Assembly (NCBI GenBank): GCA_963837025.1
Contig: CAWILT010000002.1
Location: 422,554-486,553, forward strand
Direction: 5' to 3'
Source of the DNA: an uncultured Alphaproteobacteria bacterium
GTDB lineage: Bacteria; Pseudomonadota; Alphaproteobacteria; Rickettsiales; JALZUV01
DNA: 64,000 bases
Shown here: piece after piece, positions 25,472 to 35,329 of the stretch
Layout: each line of letters begins with the position of its first letter
Numbering within the stretch: position 1 is the stretch's first letter
The notes under the pieces: model-generated
What the model was told of the DNA's origin: nothing
The model's database searches: none
Seen by the model: the letters and a program-made list of their open reading frames with translations, nothing else
Made by a program: the position numbers and the translations under genes

Positions 25472-26419
25472 TTAAGCAAAGGCAACTTCAGCAACATGCT
25501 CATTTACGCGCGCTGGTTTTGAAACACTAAAACGTGGCGCCGCTAGTGCATTTTTGGTTTGTTGAGCTGCAAACTGCATCACACGACGTGCCATGTGAGT
25601 ATTAATGGTATGACCAGGTTTAAATGTGCGCACCAACCCACGAATACGCCCCCCACTTAAGAATAAATCACCCACTAAATCGAGCGCTTTATGCTGCACA
25701 AACTCATCATCAGAGCGTAATCCAGCGGGGTTTAAAATTTTAGTATCATCTAACACAACGGCGTTATCAAGTGAACCACCTCGCGCTAGGCCAATAGTTT
25801 TAAGATACTCAACCTCTTTTAAAAACCCAAACGTGCGCGCATTGCTCATCGCACCAGCAAAATTGGTTTGCGAAAAATCAACCACAACACGCTGTTCGCC
25901 AATTGCGCTATGTTTAAAATCAATATCTACTTCAATGGCAAAACCATCATAGGGCAAAATTTCCATATGACTGCCATCCATCTCAATTTTGAGAGGTTTG
26001 GTAATTTCAATAAAACTGCGTTTAGCAGATTGTGCGCGCAGGCCTGCTTGTTCAATTAATTCTATGAAAGGTGTTGCACTACCATCCATAATTGGAATTT
26101 CGGGGCCATTGACATAAACCATCGCATTATCAATTCCGCATCCCCAAAAAGCTGCCATTAAATGTTCAATGGTTGAAAGGGTTGCGCCTGATGGGTGGGT
26201 AAGTGATGTGCCCAATTTCGTTTCGCCCACTATCGCAGCACTAGCTTTAAAACGTATAGGCTCAGCCAAATCCGTGCGCACAAATTGAATGCCACTATGC
26301 GCTTCAGCTGGTTTTAGCGTTAGGGTAACCGCAGCACCGCTATGCAAGCCAATGCCTTCGCATGATATAGATTTTTGCAAGCTGTGCTGATAGCGCGAGT
26401 GGAAAGGGGTCTTTTTCAT
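25472..26419 (-). CDS. lpxC: UDP-3-O-acyl-N-acetylglucosamine deacetylase
   Basis: LpxC motifs are present (GIGLHSG, TIEHL.AA, HKALDL.GDL). Confidence 0.95.
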   Translation of the reverse strand: MKKTPFHSRYQHSLQKSISCEGIGLHSGAAVTLTLKPAEAHSGIQFVRTDLAEPIRFKASAAIVGETKLGTSLTHPSGATLSTIEHLMAAFWGCGIDNAMVYVNGPEIPIMDGSATPFIELIEQAGLRAQSAKRSFIEITKPLKIEMDGSHMEILPYDGFAIEVDIDFKHSAIGEQRVVVDFSQTNFAGAMSNARTFGFLKEVEYLKTIGLARGGSLDNAVVLDDTKILNPAGLRSDDEFVQHKALDLVGDLFLSGGRIRGLVRTFKPGHTINTHMARRVMQFAAQQTKNALAAPRFSVSKPARVNEHVAEVAFA

Positions 26420-26522
26420 TTGCTCATTTTACCCGACAAAAGCCAGTATAAAATGCACGCTTTATTTCAAATTGTAACAAACAACCAAAAAATTTACGCT
26501 GCTATGCATTTGCAAAATAACC

Positions 26523-28259
26523 TTAATTCGCTTGACGACGCAAGAATGCAGGAATTTCTAAGTCATCCTTCATTTCAGATTCCTGCGGTACGTTATTGGC
26601 TGCCACTTCAATGCGACGCGAGCGTGGACGCTCTTCTTCGCGGGTTGATAAGCGCGATGCTACACGGCGAAACAAGCCGGGCTGCTCTTCTGAATCATCG
26701 TAATTTTCTTCCCATTGTTCGTCATGTGCAACCGCATTCGTCGCATGCATTGCTGGGGAGATGTCATTCATTGACGACATCGCATTTTCAGTCGAATGGT
26801 TTGAATGTGATGCAATTTCAGCACGGGTTGGCGCATGACGCCCCATGTTACGCGCACCGCGTGGCTCTTGCGCTAGCGGTGCAGGTTTTTCTTGCTGATT
26901 AAAATGAAAAAGCTCTTGTGGTTGCGACTGTGCAACTTCTTGCTGTTCATAATAATCGTGTTCTTGCTCCATTTCAGCGTCTTGTTCAGCATTATGTTGC
27001 TGATAATGCTGTTGTTGCGGCGCTTCATAGTGCGTTTCAGCGAGTTGTGGTGCAGCAGCAGAGCGCATCATCGGTTGCGGTGCAGCGCCACTCACGCGCG
27101 TTGGGCGATCAAAGCTGGAATCTGCAGGGCGAATATTTAAATTACTCTGTGGTTTCGCCGTCGCGAACGTTGGTTTCTCAGCCATTTCCGTGCGAGGCTT
27201 AGCAGTAGTCACTCCGTTGCGAACAGAAAAACTATGGCTTGGGCGTGTTTCCACATGGGTTGAACTATTATGACGACCATGCTTACTGCCTGATTGTTCA
27301 ATACCGGTAGCCACAACGCTCACGCGCATTTTACCTTCCATATTATCATGGAAGGTTGAGCCGAAAATAATATTCGCATCTGAATCAACTTCGTCGCGAA
27401 TGCGGTTTGCGGCTTCATCCACCTCAAATAAGGTCATATCATGTCCACCGGTGATGTTAATAAGCACGCCGCGCGCACCTTTCATCGACACATCATCAAG
27501 CAAAGGATTACTGATAGCCGCTTCAGCAGCATCCACGGCACGGCGTTCGCCTTCTGCTTCACCTGTGCCCATCATCGCTTTGCCCATTTCGCGCATCACG
27601 GTGCGAATATCAGCAAAATCGAGGTTAATCAAACCCGGCATCACCATCAAGTCGGTTACGCCACGCACGCCTGAATGCAACACTTCATCAGCCATGCGGA
27701 ATGCATCAGCAAAAGTAGTTTTTTCATTCGCAATACGGAAAAGATTTTGGTTAGGAATCACAATCATGGTGTCTACATAGCGTTGGAGTTCTTCCAAGCC
27801 GCTATCAGCTAATTTCATACGGTGTGAGCCTTCAAAATGGAAAGGCTTAGTGACAACCGCAACCGTTAAAATACCTTGCTCTTTAGCCATACGCGCCACG
27901 ACCGGTGCTGCGCCTGTACCTGTACCACCACCCATACCAGCGGTGATGAACACCATATGGCTACCGTCAATTTGTTCCATAATTTCAGCGGCGGCTTCTT
28001 CGGCTGAGGCTGAGCCAATATCAGGATTAGCGCCAGCGCCTAATCCCTGAGTAATGTTAGCGCCAAGTTGAATAATGTTAGGGGTTTGTGCTTTGCTTAA
28101 CGCTTGTGCATCCGTGTTTGCAACACAAAAGCTTACACCTTCAAGCTGGGCGGAAATCATATTATCAACGGCATTACCGCCTGCACCCCCCACACCTATA
28201 ACAGTGATGGTTGGTTTCAACGTAGCATTGCGTGGAGCTGGTGTAATATTAATCGACAT
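26523..28259 (-). CDS. ftsZ: cell division GTPase FtsZ (long-linker alphaproteobacterial type)
   Basis: Contains [10 protein letters not shown] and [10 protein letters not shown] tubulin motifs, a linker of about 230 aa rich in Q/H/E, and the conserved C-terminal peptide [14 protein letters not shown]. Confidence 0.97.
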   Translation of the reverse strand: MSINITPAPRNATLKPTITVIGVGGAGGNAVDNMISAQLEGVSFCVANTDAQALSKAQTPNIIQLGANITQGLGAGANPDIGSASAEEAAAEIMEQIDGSHMVFITAGMGGGTGTGAAPVVARMAKEQGILTVAVVTKPFHFEGSHRMKLADSGLEELQRYVDTMIVIPNQNLFRIANEKTTFADAFRMADEVLHSGVRGVTDLMVMPGLINLDFADIRTVMREMGKAMMGTGEAEGERRAVDAAEAAISNPLLDDVSMKGARGVLINITGGHDMTLFEVDEAANRIRDEVDSDANIIFGSTFHDNMEGKMRVSVVATGIEQSGSKHGRHNSSTHVETRPSHSFSVRNGVTTAKPRTEMAEKPTFATAKPQSNLNIRPADSSFDRPTRVSGAAPQPMMRSAAAPQLAETHYEAPQQQHYQQHNAEQDAEMEQEHDYYEQQEVAQSQPQELFHFNQQEKPAPLAQEPRGARNMGRHAPTRAEIASHSNHSTENAMSSMNDISPAMHATNAVAHDEQWEENYDDSEEQPGLFRRVASRLSTREEERPRSRRIEVAANNVPQESEMKDDLEIPAFLRRQAN

Positions 28260-28438
28260 ATTTTCCCCTAGTCGTAGCGCGTTTCTTGCGGCTCTTAGCG
28301 ATAAAGCGGAATTTTCCGCACCGTCAATAAACTAATTTTTGTTGTTATTTAACCTTACTATATCGTCACGAAATTCGATTGCAACGATTTAGGCGCAGTT
28401 TTTGTCCACGAACTGTAAAAAACCGCTATAAAAATAAG

Positions 28439-29092
28439 ATGGAAATAATTCAGGCCCCATCACCAAATTATAATATTCGCGCTTTGCCGATCTCCATGCT
28501 GCTTTTGCACTATACCGGAATGCAATCAGGGCAGGCGGCTTTGCAACGCTTAACCGATGCGCAAAGCAACGTCAGCGCGCATTATCTGGTAGATGAAGAT
28601 GGCCGCATTTTTGCACTGGTAGATGAAGCAAATCGTGCATGGCATGGTGGTACAGGCTCTTGGCGTGGTATCACCGACATCAATAGTGCCTCAATCGGGA
28701 TTGAGATTGTGAATCCTGGGCATGAATGGGGGTATCGCGCATTTCCACAGGCACAAATGGACGCGGTGATACAGCTCAGCCAAGCTATCTTAAACCGCCA
28801 TGCTATCCCCGCACACAATATCATCGGCCATTCCGATAGTGCGCCAACCCGCAAACAAGACCCGGGCGAGTTGTTTGATTGGAAGTTGTTGGCGGATAAC
28901 GACATTGGCCAATGGTACGCACCCACAACAGCCCAAGCAAGCGCTGTTCAGTTAGCCGATTACGGTTATGATATTACCCATCTTGAGCAAGCCATTATCG
29001 CTTTCCAACGCCATTTCCGTCCTGATAATCTGAGTGGCATATGGGATGATGAATGTGCGGAAATTCTTGCATCCTTGCTTAACCAAGCGTAA
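28439..29092 (+). CDS. ampD: N-acetylmuramoyl-L-alanine amidase (amidase_2, AmpD-like)
   Basis: Contains HYTGM, SAHYLVDEDGRI, RAWHGG, SIGIEIVNPGH and GHSD.AP.RK.DPGE motifs. The ATG at 28439 is preferred over the upstream TTG. Confidence 0.85.
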   Translation: MEIIQAPSPNYNIRALPISMLLLHYTGMQSGQAALQRLTDAQSNVSAHYLVDEDGRIFALVDEANRAWHGGTGSWRGITDINSASIGIEIVNPGHEWGYRAFPQAQMDAVIQLSQAILNRHAIPAHNIIGHSDSAPTRKQDPGELFDWKLLADNDIGQWYAPTTAQASAVQLADYGYDITHLEQAIIAFQRHFRPDNLSGIWDDECAEILASLLNQA

Positions 29093-29101
29093 ACCATAAG
29101 C

Positions 29102-29564
29102 GAAATCAGATGGTCGGGTAACCGCGTTTAGTTTAACCACTAACCGAGGAAAGTCCGGGCTTCATGGAAAAAGGTGGTGGGTAACACCCACCGGAGGCAA
29201 CTCCAGAGACAGTGCCACAGAAAATAGGTGGCTATTTTTGTAGAAGGTTCAATACGAAGCCAGTAGGCCGAGTGAGCCATCAACCCGCGAAGCGGCGTTT
29301 TATTTGAGCGAAACTATGTCGCGCAGAGGAAACGAAAAATAGTCAAAGTGAAAAGGTGCGGTAAGAGCGCACCGCGCTTCTGGTAACAGAAGTGGCAGGG
29401 TAAACCTCACCTGAAGCAAAACCAAATAGGAATGATAATGGCGTTTTCCACGCTTTCATTCGGGTAGGTTGCTAAAGGTTGCGGGCAATCGCAACCGTAG
29501 ATGAATGGTTACCGCCTTGGCTAACCCCAAGGTACAGAACCCGGCTTATAGACCATCTGATTTC
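29102..29564 (+). ncRNA. rnpB: RNase P RNA (bacterial type A)
   Basis: Universal motifs are present: GAGGAAAGTCCGGGC, AGGGTGCGGTAAGAGCGCACC-like (aaaggtgcggtaagagcgcaccgcg) and ACAGAACCCGGCTTA. The 5' gaaatcagatggtc pairs with the 3' gaccatctgatttc to form P1. Confidence 0.92.
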
Positions 29565-29658
29565 ATCATTTACTTCACGATAAAGAAGCGGATGGTTTGC
29601 CTAATGGTAAATTTATGGTTACAACCTTAATCTGCTAAATGAATAATTAGGATACCGC

Positions 29659-30750
29659 ATGACTGCCGAAAACACTGCTGATCAAACTGCCACCGCAACT
29701 CAAAATGTAGCAGGTGACGTCACGGGTAAAGTGGATTTAAATCCAGCTTTAGCAATCGAAAAAATTGATAGCTGGATAGATAGTGCTGTGGCGTTAGCAC
29801 CTAATTTCGCTGTAGCAATTGTTGTTTTCTTCATCTTCTACATCATTTCGATTATTATTAAGCGCATCACCATCAAAAGTATGATGAGCCGTCAGCGTGA
29901 TAATTTGGGCGAAATCTTGGGTGGGCTATTTAAGTCTATCCTTATCATTTTAGGCTTCTTTGTGGCGGCTACTATTGTGATGCCAAGCTTAAGCCTTGGC
30001 GATTTAGTCGCTGGATTAGGTGTAAGCTCAGTTGCAATTGGTTTTGCCTTTAAAGATATTCTGCAAAATTGGCTTGCTGGATTACTCATTCTTATTCGTC
30101 AACCCTTTGAAGTGGGCGATCAAATCGTTGCAGGGGCTTATGAAGGAACAGTCCAGCGTATCGAAACGCGCGCAACACTCATAAAAACTTATGATGGTCA
30201 AAAAGCCGTTATCCCCAATAGCGAAATTTACACGAATGCCGTATTGGTTAAAACCGCCTATGAAATGCGCCGCAGCCAATATGATATCGGCATTGGCTAT
30301 GGCGATGACATCCAAAAAGCCTGCAAGATTATTAAAGAATCATTGCTTAAGATTGAAGGAGTGGAAAATACACCCGCACCCGAAGCTTTGCCTTGGGATT
30401 TAGCGGCTAGTTGGGTAACCATCCGCGCCCGTTGGTGGAGCAATAGTAAGCGATCCGATGTGGTGGATAAACGCGCGCAAGTCATCATGGCCATAAAATA
30501 TGCATTGGATGAAGCTGGCATCGATATGCCTTATGATACACAGGTACATTTATTCCACGACCAGACCGATGAGCGTGATGGAACACCGGGTGAACAACGC
30601 GAAGGCTGGCCAGCTCCTGAAGATAAAAATGTGAAACCTCGTTGGAAAAAAGAAATCGAGGTGAAGCAAGAAAGCGAACCGGCTAAAGCAGAAGTAAAAG
30701 CGAAACCTGCGCCTAAAAAACCTGCGGCAAAAAAGCCGAAAACTACTTGA
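29659..30750 (+). CDS. mechanosensitive ion channel family protein (MscS-like) with a Lys-rich C-terminal tail
   Basis: TM helices followed by the MscS pore/beta-domain signature (LQNWLAGLLILIRQPFEVGDQI..G..EGTV..I..R.T.I...DG....IPNS). Confidence 0.85.
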   Translation: MTAENTADQTATATQNVAGDVTGKVDLNPALAIEKIDSWIDSAVALAPNFAVAIVVFFIFYIISIIIKRITIKSMMSRQRDNLGEILGGLFKSILIILGFFVAATIVMPSLSLGDLVAGLGVSSVAIGFAFKDILQNWLAGLLILIRQPFEVGDQIVAGAYEGTVQRIETRATLIKTYDGQKAVIPNSEIYTNAVLVKTAYEMRRSQYDIGIGYGDDIQKACKIIKESLLKIEGVENTPAPEALPWDLAASWVTIRARWWSNSKRSDVVDKRAQVIMAIKYALDEAGIDMPYDTQVHLFHDQTDERDGTPGEQREGWPAPEDKNVKPRWKKEIEVKQESEPAKAEVKAKPAPKKPAAKKPKTT

Positions 30751-30861
30751 TTTTGCAAGGCATAGCGTTATATTGCGCGCCCTTGTGGTTATTAAGCCAC
30801 GTCACGCAACTAACCCCTCTTTGGCTTTTAAAGTCTAAAGAATATAGAATTGAAGATTATT

Positions 30862-32586
30862 ATGACCGCTGCTACAGCTAAAAAATACGCAAAAGACCTC
30901 CCCGAATCATTCCAATCAAACGACTCGTTCGCCGATATTTTCGAGAACGAATTAGCCAACTCAACCGTTGCCGAAGGCAGTGTGGTTGAAGGCACCGTTA
31001 TCGCGCTGAATAAAGATTTCGCTGTGGTTGATGTAGGTTTAAAATCCGAAGGTTTCATTCCTTTATCTGAATTTGGCCGCGAAGCTGAATTAGCCGTTGG
31101 CGATAAAGTTGAAGTGTATGTCGATCGTTACGAAAACCGATCAGGCGAAATCGTGCTCAGCCGCGAAAAAGCCATGCGCGAATCCGTATGGGAAGATTTA
31201 GAAAAAGCCTGTGCGAAATCAGAGCCGGTTGATGGCACTATCTTTAACCGTGTTAAAGGTGGTTTCACCGTTGACCTTAACGGCGCGGTGGCTTTCTTGC
31301 CGGGCAGCCAAGTGGATATTCGTCCAACCAAAGATATTGCTCCATTGATGAATGTTGAGCAACCTTTCATGATTTTGAAAATGGACCGCAAACGTGGCAA
31401 CATCATCGTTTCACGTCGTGCGCTACTTGAAGAATCACGCAGTGAAGAGCGTCAAGAGTTGCTCGATAATATTTCTGAAGGCAGCAAGCTTGATGGTGTG
31501 GTTAAAAATATCACCGATTACGGTGCGTTCGTTGATCTCGGTGGCGTTGATGGTTTGTTGCACGTTACTGATATGTCGTGGAAGCGCATTAATCATCCGA
31601 CCGATGTGTTAAAAGTGGGCGAAACGATTAAAGTTATCGTTACCAAATACGATCCAGATACCAAGCGTGTCAGCCTCGGTATGAAACAGCTTGAAGAAAA
31701 TCCATGGAATGAAGTTGCTGGCAGCTTTGAAGTGGGTCAAATCTGCACAGGCCGTATTAGCAATGTAACCGATTATGGTGCATTTGTTGAACTTGGCGAA
31801 GGCATTGAAGGTTTAGTTCACGTTTCTGAAATGTCTTGGACGAAGAAAAACGTTCACCCAAGCAAAATCGTATCGGCTAGCCAAGAAGTAAAAGTAATGG
31901 TTCTCGATATTGATCGCGAGAAGCACCGCATCAGCTTAGGCATTAAACAAACTGAAGATAATCCTTGGAACAGCTTTGCTGCATCGCAAGAAGCCGGTAA
32001 TATCGTTGAAGGCGAAATCCGCAACATTACTGACTTTGGTCTATTCGTTGGCTTGTCAGGCGATATTGATGGCTTAGTCCATTACTCGGATATCTCATGG
32101 GATAAATCCGGTGAAGAAGCGGTTAAAGACTACAAAAAAGGCGATATGGTTAAAGCGCGCATTCTCAGCATCGATGTTGAAAAAGAGCGTATTAGCCTCG
32201 GTATCAAGCAACTGGAAGATAACAAAGCCGCTGAAGCCGTTGAAGGTTTAGGTAAAGGTGCTACGGTTACCTGTACTGTTACCGATGTTCAGCCCGGTGG
32301 TATCGAAGTTCAACTTTCTGAAGGCCTCAAAACCTTCGTGAAGAAATCGGATCTTTCACGTGATCGTCAAGATCAACGTCCAGACCGTTTTGCCGTTGGC
32401 GATCGTGTTGATGCCAAAGTTACTTCGCTCAATAAGAAAGAGGGCAAAGTGAATGTTTCGATCAAAGCGCTCGAAATGGATCAGCATAAACACGCCATCG
32501 AAGAATATGGTTCTGCCGAAAGTGGTGCAAGCTTAGGCGACATCCTTGGGGCGGCGCTGAGCGAAGCGAAAAAAGGTAAAAAGTAA
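30862..32586 (+). CDS. rpsA: 30S ribosomal protein S1
   Basis: Six S1 repeats (G..V.G.V..I...GAFV.L.G..GL.H.S). The ATG at 30862 is preferred over the TTG at 30850. Confidence 0.95.
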   Translation: MTAATAKKYAKDLPESFQSNDSFADIFENELANSTVAEGSVVEGTVIALNKDFAVVDVGLKSEGFIPLSEFGREAELAVGDKVEVYVDRYENRSGEIVLSREKAMRESVWEDLEKACAKSEPVDGTIFNRVKGGFTVDLNGAVAFLPGSQVDIRPTKDIAPLMNVEQPFMILKMDRKRGNIIVSRRALLEESRSEERQELLDNISEGSKLDGVVKNITDYGAFVDLGGVDGLLHVTDMSWKRINHPTDVLKVGETIKVIVTKYDPDTKRVSLGMKQLEENPWNEVAGSFEVGQICTGRISNVTDYGAFVELGEGIEGLVHVSEMSWTKKNVHPSKIVSASQEVKVMVLDIDREKHRISLGIKQTEDNPWNSFAASQEAGNIVEGEIRNITDFGLFVGLSGDIDGLVHYSDISWDKSGEEAVKDYKKGDMVKARILSIDVEKERISLGIKQLEDNKAAEAVEGLGKGATVTCTVTDVQPGGIEVQLSEGLKTFVKKSDLSRDRQDQRPDRFAVGDRVDAKVTSLNKKEGKVNVSIKALEMDQHKHAIEEYGSAESGASLGDILGAALSEAKKGKK

Positions 32587-32595
32587 TACCTTAAA

Positions 32596-32634
32596 AACGG
32601 CGCAACTTTAAACAGGTTGCGCCGTTTTCTTTAT
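32596..32634 (+). terminator. rho-independent terminator after rpsA
   Basis: aacggcgcaac ... gttgcgccgtt hairpin followed by a T-rich tract. Confidence 0.8.
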
Positions 32635-32652
32635 TAATAGACAGGATGTAGC

Positions 32653-33585
32653 ATGGCCTTAAACGCAGATATGTTGTTAGAACGTATTCACTTAAAAAAC
32701 CAAGCACGCCGTTGGCGCTTAGTGGCTATTATCATTGCGATTATTGCGGCGATTGTCTTTTTTGAAAAGATGGGCAAATTAAATAATTTTGTAAATATAC
32801 AAAGCCATATTGCTCGTTTTGAAATTGACGAAATTATTTTTGATGAACCAAAGCGCTTAGATTTACTCGATGAAATCAAAGATGATGATTCAATCAAAGC
32901 TCTTATCTTGCGTATTGACTCACCAGGGGGCACCACAGTTGGATCTGAGGCGCTTTACTTAAAACTGCGCGAAATTGCTGCGAAAAAACCTGTGGTTGCT
33001 ACTTTGCGCTCTATGGCCACATCGGGCGGATATATGGCTGCTATTGGCGCAGATTATATTTTAGCTCGCGAAGGCACCATAACAGGCTCGGTAGGTGTGA
33101 TTATGCAATCAGCCGAAATGACTGAACTTGCTGAAAAACTCGGCATCAAACCCATCGTGGTGCGTTCTGGTGCATTAAAAGCTTCACCCACACCTTTTGA
33201 AAAATTAACACCCGATGTGCGCGAAATGTTAGATGGCGTGATTCAGGATTTCTTTGATTATTTTATTGGGTTAGTGGCCGAGCGCCGCCAATTAACGCCC
33301 GAACAAATCGCCTATATTTCCGATGGGCGTGTGGTATCTACCCGTCAAGCCCTTAACGCGCATTTAATTGATGCGATTGGCGGCGAAAGCGAAGCAAAGC
33401 AATGGTTGGAAAAAAATCATGAAATTGCGGTTACGCTAGATGTGCGCGATTATGAAGTTCCAGAAGAGAAAAGTGCATTCAAAGAAATATTCGATGGAGC
33501 GGTTGCTGGTACGATTTTTGAAAATCTTAATGCAGCATCACTTGACGGACTTGTATCAATCTGGCATCCTACGGCTCTCAAATAA
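32653..33585 (+). CDS. sppA: signal peptide peptidase SppA (36K type, S49 family)
   Basis: N-terminal TM anchor and S49 motifs (IDSPGG, MATSGGY, GSVGV). Confidence 0.85.
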   Translation: MALNADMLLERIHLKNQARRWRLVAIIIAIIAAIVFFEKMGKLNNFVNIQSHIARFEIDEIIFDEPKRLDLLDEIKDDDSIKALILRIDSPGGTTVGSEALYLKLREIAAKKPVVATLRSMATSGGYMAAIGADYILAREGTITGSVGVIMQSAEMTELAEKLGIKPIVVRSGALKASPTPFEKLTPDVREMLDGVIQDFFDYFIGLVAERRQLTPEQIAYISDGRVVSTRQALNAHLIDAIGGESEAKQWLEKNHEIAVTLDVRDYEVPEEKSAFKEIFDGAVAGTIFENLNAASLDGLVSIWHPTALK

Positions 33586-33611
33586 CCCTTACATTTTAAA
33601 TGGTTGCATCT

Positions 33612-33908
33612 ATGACAAAATCTGAACTTATACAACGACTCGCCAAGCGGTTTCCTAAGCTTATGCAACGTGAAATTGAACAGCTAGTGAATACGTTTTT
33701 AGGCGAAATCAGTGGTGCATTATGCGATAATGGGCGGGTTGAACTCCGTGGCTTTGGCGCGTTTTCAGTTCGCACGCGTGATCCGCGCAAGGCACGTAAT
33801 CCTAAAAACGGTGCCGAAGTGAAAGTAGGCAAACGTCATTCAATTTATTTCCGCACGGGTAAAGAGTTACGTGATGAAATTAAAGATTTAAATGTGAAAA
33901 ATAGTTAA
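33612..33908 (+). CDS. ihfB: integration host factor subunit beta
   Basis: MTKSELI..LA start and HU/IHF fold motifs (RVELRGFGAFSVR.R..R.ARNPK.G..V). It sits downstream of rpsA. Confidence 0.9.
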   Translation: MTKSELIQRLAKRFPKLMQREIEQLVNTFLGEISGALCDNGRVELRGFGAFSVRTRDPRKARNPKNGAEVKVGKRHSIYFRTGKELRDEIKDLNVKNS

Positions 33909-33910
33909 AC

Positions 33911-34279
33911 GTGTTTGCTTCCTTATTTCGGGTTATTAAACTCACCTTAATTATTTTATTATTATTGATTGTGGTGGTATTTACGGTTTCAAATCGTGGC
34001 GATGTGGTTTTATCGCTCTATCCGCTGCCTTATGAAATTGCGCTTCCTACTTATCTTTTCTTCCTGCTTACCCTTACGGTTGGTTATATGGTAGGTACAT
34101 TTTTTGGCTCAATGCACAGCTTTCGCCATAAACGGATTGCGAAAAAAGAGCATCAAAAGGTTGAGGCTCTGCAAGAAGAAGTGGCAGCATTACGCGCCCG
34201 TGAAAATACTGCGCCCGCTTATAAAAAAGGGCCAAACATTAACCCTTCAAATCCTGTATTATTGCCTGATTCCCTTTAA
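33911..34279 (+). CDS. LapA/DUF1049-like inner-membrane protein
   Basis: Two N-terminal TM helices followed by a basic/coiled segment (HKRIAKKEHQKVEALQEEVAALR). It holds the conserved alphaproteobacterial position between ihfB and trpF. GTG start. Confidence 0.55.
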   Translation: MFASLFRVIKLTLIILLLLIVVVFTVSNRGDVVLSLYPLPYEIALPTYLFFLLTLTVGYMVGTFFGSMHSFRHKRIAKKEHQKVEALQEEVAALRARENTAPAYKKGPNINPSNPVLLPDSL

Positions 34280-34284
34280 TCGCG

Positions 34285-34917
34285 ATGACGAAACCATTGG
34301 TTAAAATCTGTGGGTTATCAACCATCGAAACGGTGCAGGTCTGCATTTCTGCGAAAGCAGATTTCATTGGCTTTGTCGCCTATCCTAAATCACCGCGTCA
34401 TTTATCGCCTGCAGATTTTGCGCGGCTTGCGATGCATGCAGGGCAAGTTCCCACGGTGCTGGTAACAGTAAACGCCACTGATGCATTACTGGATGATTAT
34501 ATGGAGCATTTTACTCCCACTTATGTACAATGTCATGGCGCGGAATCACCGCAGCGCTTAAAGGACATTCGTTCCCGCAAAATAAAGATTATCAAAGCTC
34601 TCGCCATTGCGGAAGCGGCTGATTTAGAAAAAATCGTAGAATTTCAATCTCACGCCGATATTATTTTGCTCGACGCCAAGCCCATATCGGGCGAGCTGCC
34701 CGGCGGCAACGCCAAGCAGTTTGATTGGGGTTTACTCGCCAAAGCAAATCTTCCCCAAAATTGGATGCTCTCCGGCGGATTAAACCCCTACAACATTGCC
34801 ACCGCCATCACCCAAACCCACGCCCCCATGGTCGATGTTTCCAGCGGAGTGGAAAGCAGTGCAGGGGTTAAAGATGCAGAATTAATTCGAGCGTTTCTGC
34901 ACAATATCAAAAAATAA
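34285..34917 (+). CDS. trpF: phosphoribosylanthranilate isomerase
   Basis: VKICG start, PRAI TIM-barrel motifs (LLD...GG.G..FDW, LSGGL.P.N) and trpFBA synteny. Confidence 0.9.
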   Translation: MTKPLVKICGLSTIETVQVCISAKADFIGFVAYPKSPRHLSPADFARLAMHAGQVPTVLVTVNATDALLDDYMEHFTPTYVQCHGAESPQRLKDIRSRKIKIIKALAIAEAADLEKIVEFQSHADIILLDAKPISGELPGGNAKQFDWGLLAKANLPQNWMLSGGLNPYNIATAITQTHAPMVDVSSGVESSAGVKDAELIRAFLHNIKK

Positions 34918-34945
34918 TCTCATTTATGAATTTTTTGTGACACTG

Positions 34946-34974
34946 TTGTAATGCATTTGCATTTAAATTATATT
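34946..34974 (+). promoter_or_regulatory. sigma70-like promoter (TTGTAA - 17 nt - TATATT) for the small inserted ORF
   Basis: The hexamers and 17-nt spacer were counted directly. It lies about 57 nt upstream of the ATG at 35032. The spacer contains the palindromic ATGCATTTGCAT. Confidence 0.45.
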
Positions 34975-35031
34975 GAAAGGGTTACTTGAACATTTTTTGT
35001 TCTTTTTTTTAACCCTTCAAAAACATAACAC

Positions 35032-35241
35032 ATGTTTAGTGAAGTGAAGTTTTTTACGATTGATGATCTTGTCCATTTCCAATTCAAGTCCAACTGGAAT
35101 GAAGATGGGACGAGGTTGTACTTCAGAGCATTAGGGATGGAATCATTAAATTTAACATTTAGTGATGACACTTACAAAGGCTCCAGTGGACACAACGTCG
35201 CACTAGAAGTCGTAAAGATTCTAGCGAGTAATCTCGCGTGA
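35032..35241 (+). CDS. hypothetical small protein (69 aa) inserted between trpF and trpB
   Basis: The ORF is bracketed by a near-consensus promoter and a strong terminator in an AT-rich spacer. It has no Shine-Dalgarno sequence and I recognise no family. An antisense ORF (34968..35171) is the alternative. Confidence 0.5.
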   Translation: MFSEVKFFTIDDLVHFQFKSNWNEDGTRLYFRALGMESLNLTFSDDTYKGSSGHNVALEVVKILASNLA

Positions 35242-35248
35242 TAATAAT

Positions 35249-35282
35249 AAGTCGTTTGCTGAGGCAAGCGGCTTATTTTTTT
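35249..35282 (+). terminator. rho-independent terminator
   Basis: aagtcgtttgc-tgag-gcaagcggctt forms an 11-bp stem including two G-U pairs, followed by a T-rich run (attttttt). Confidence 0.75.
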
Positions 35283-35329
35283 GGATTATTGGCTACACAA
35301 GAGCGTTTAAAAGCATTAGATTGCTGCTT

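Noticed and set aside
26375-26902. A 175-aa plus-strand ORF spanning the lpxC start, the intergenic region and the ftsZ 3' end.
   Set aside because: It is antisense to two well-supported genes and its composition is typical of a shadow ORF.
28952-29140. A 62-aa minus-strand ORF.
   Set aside because: It overlaps the ampD 3' end and the 5' end of the RNase P RNA gene, so it is an antisense artefact.
34968-35171. A 67-aa minus-strand ORF in the trpF-trpB spacer.
   Set aside because: The plus-strand ORF (35032..35241) is the one flanked by a correctly oriented promoter and terminator. The minus-strand ORF has neither.
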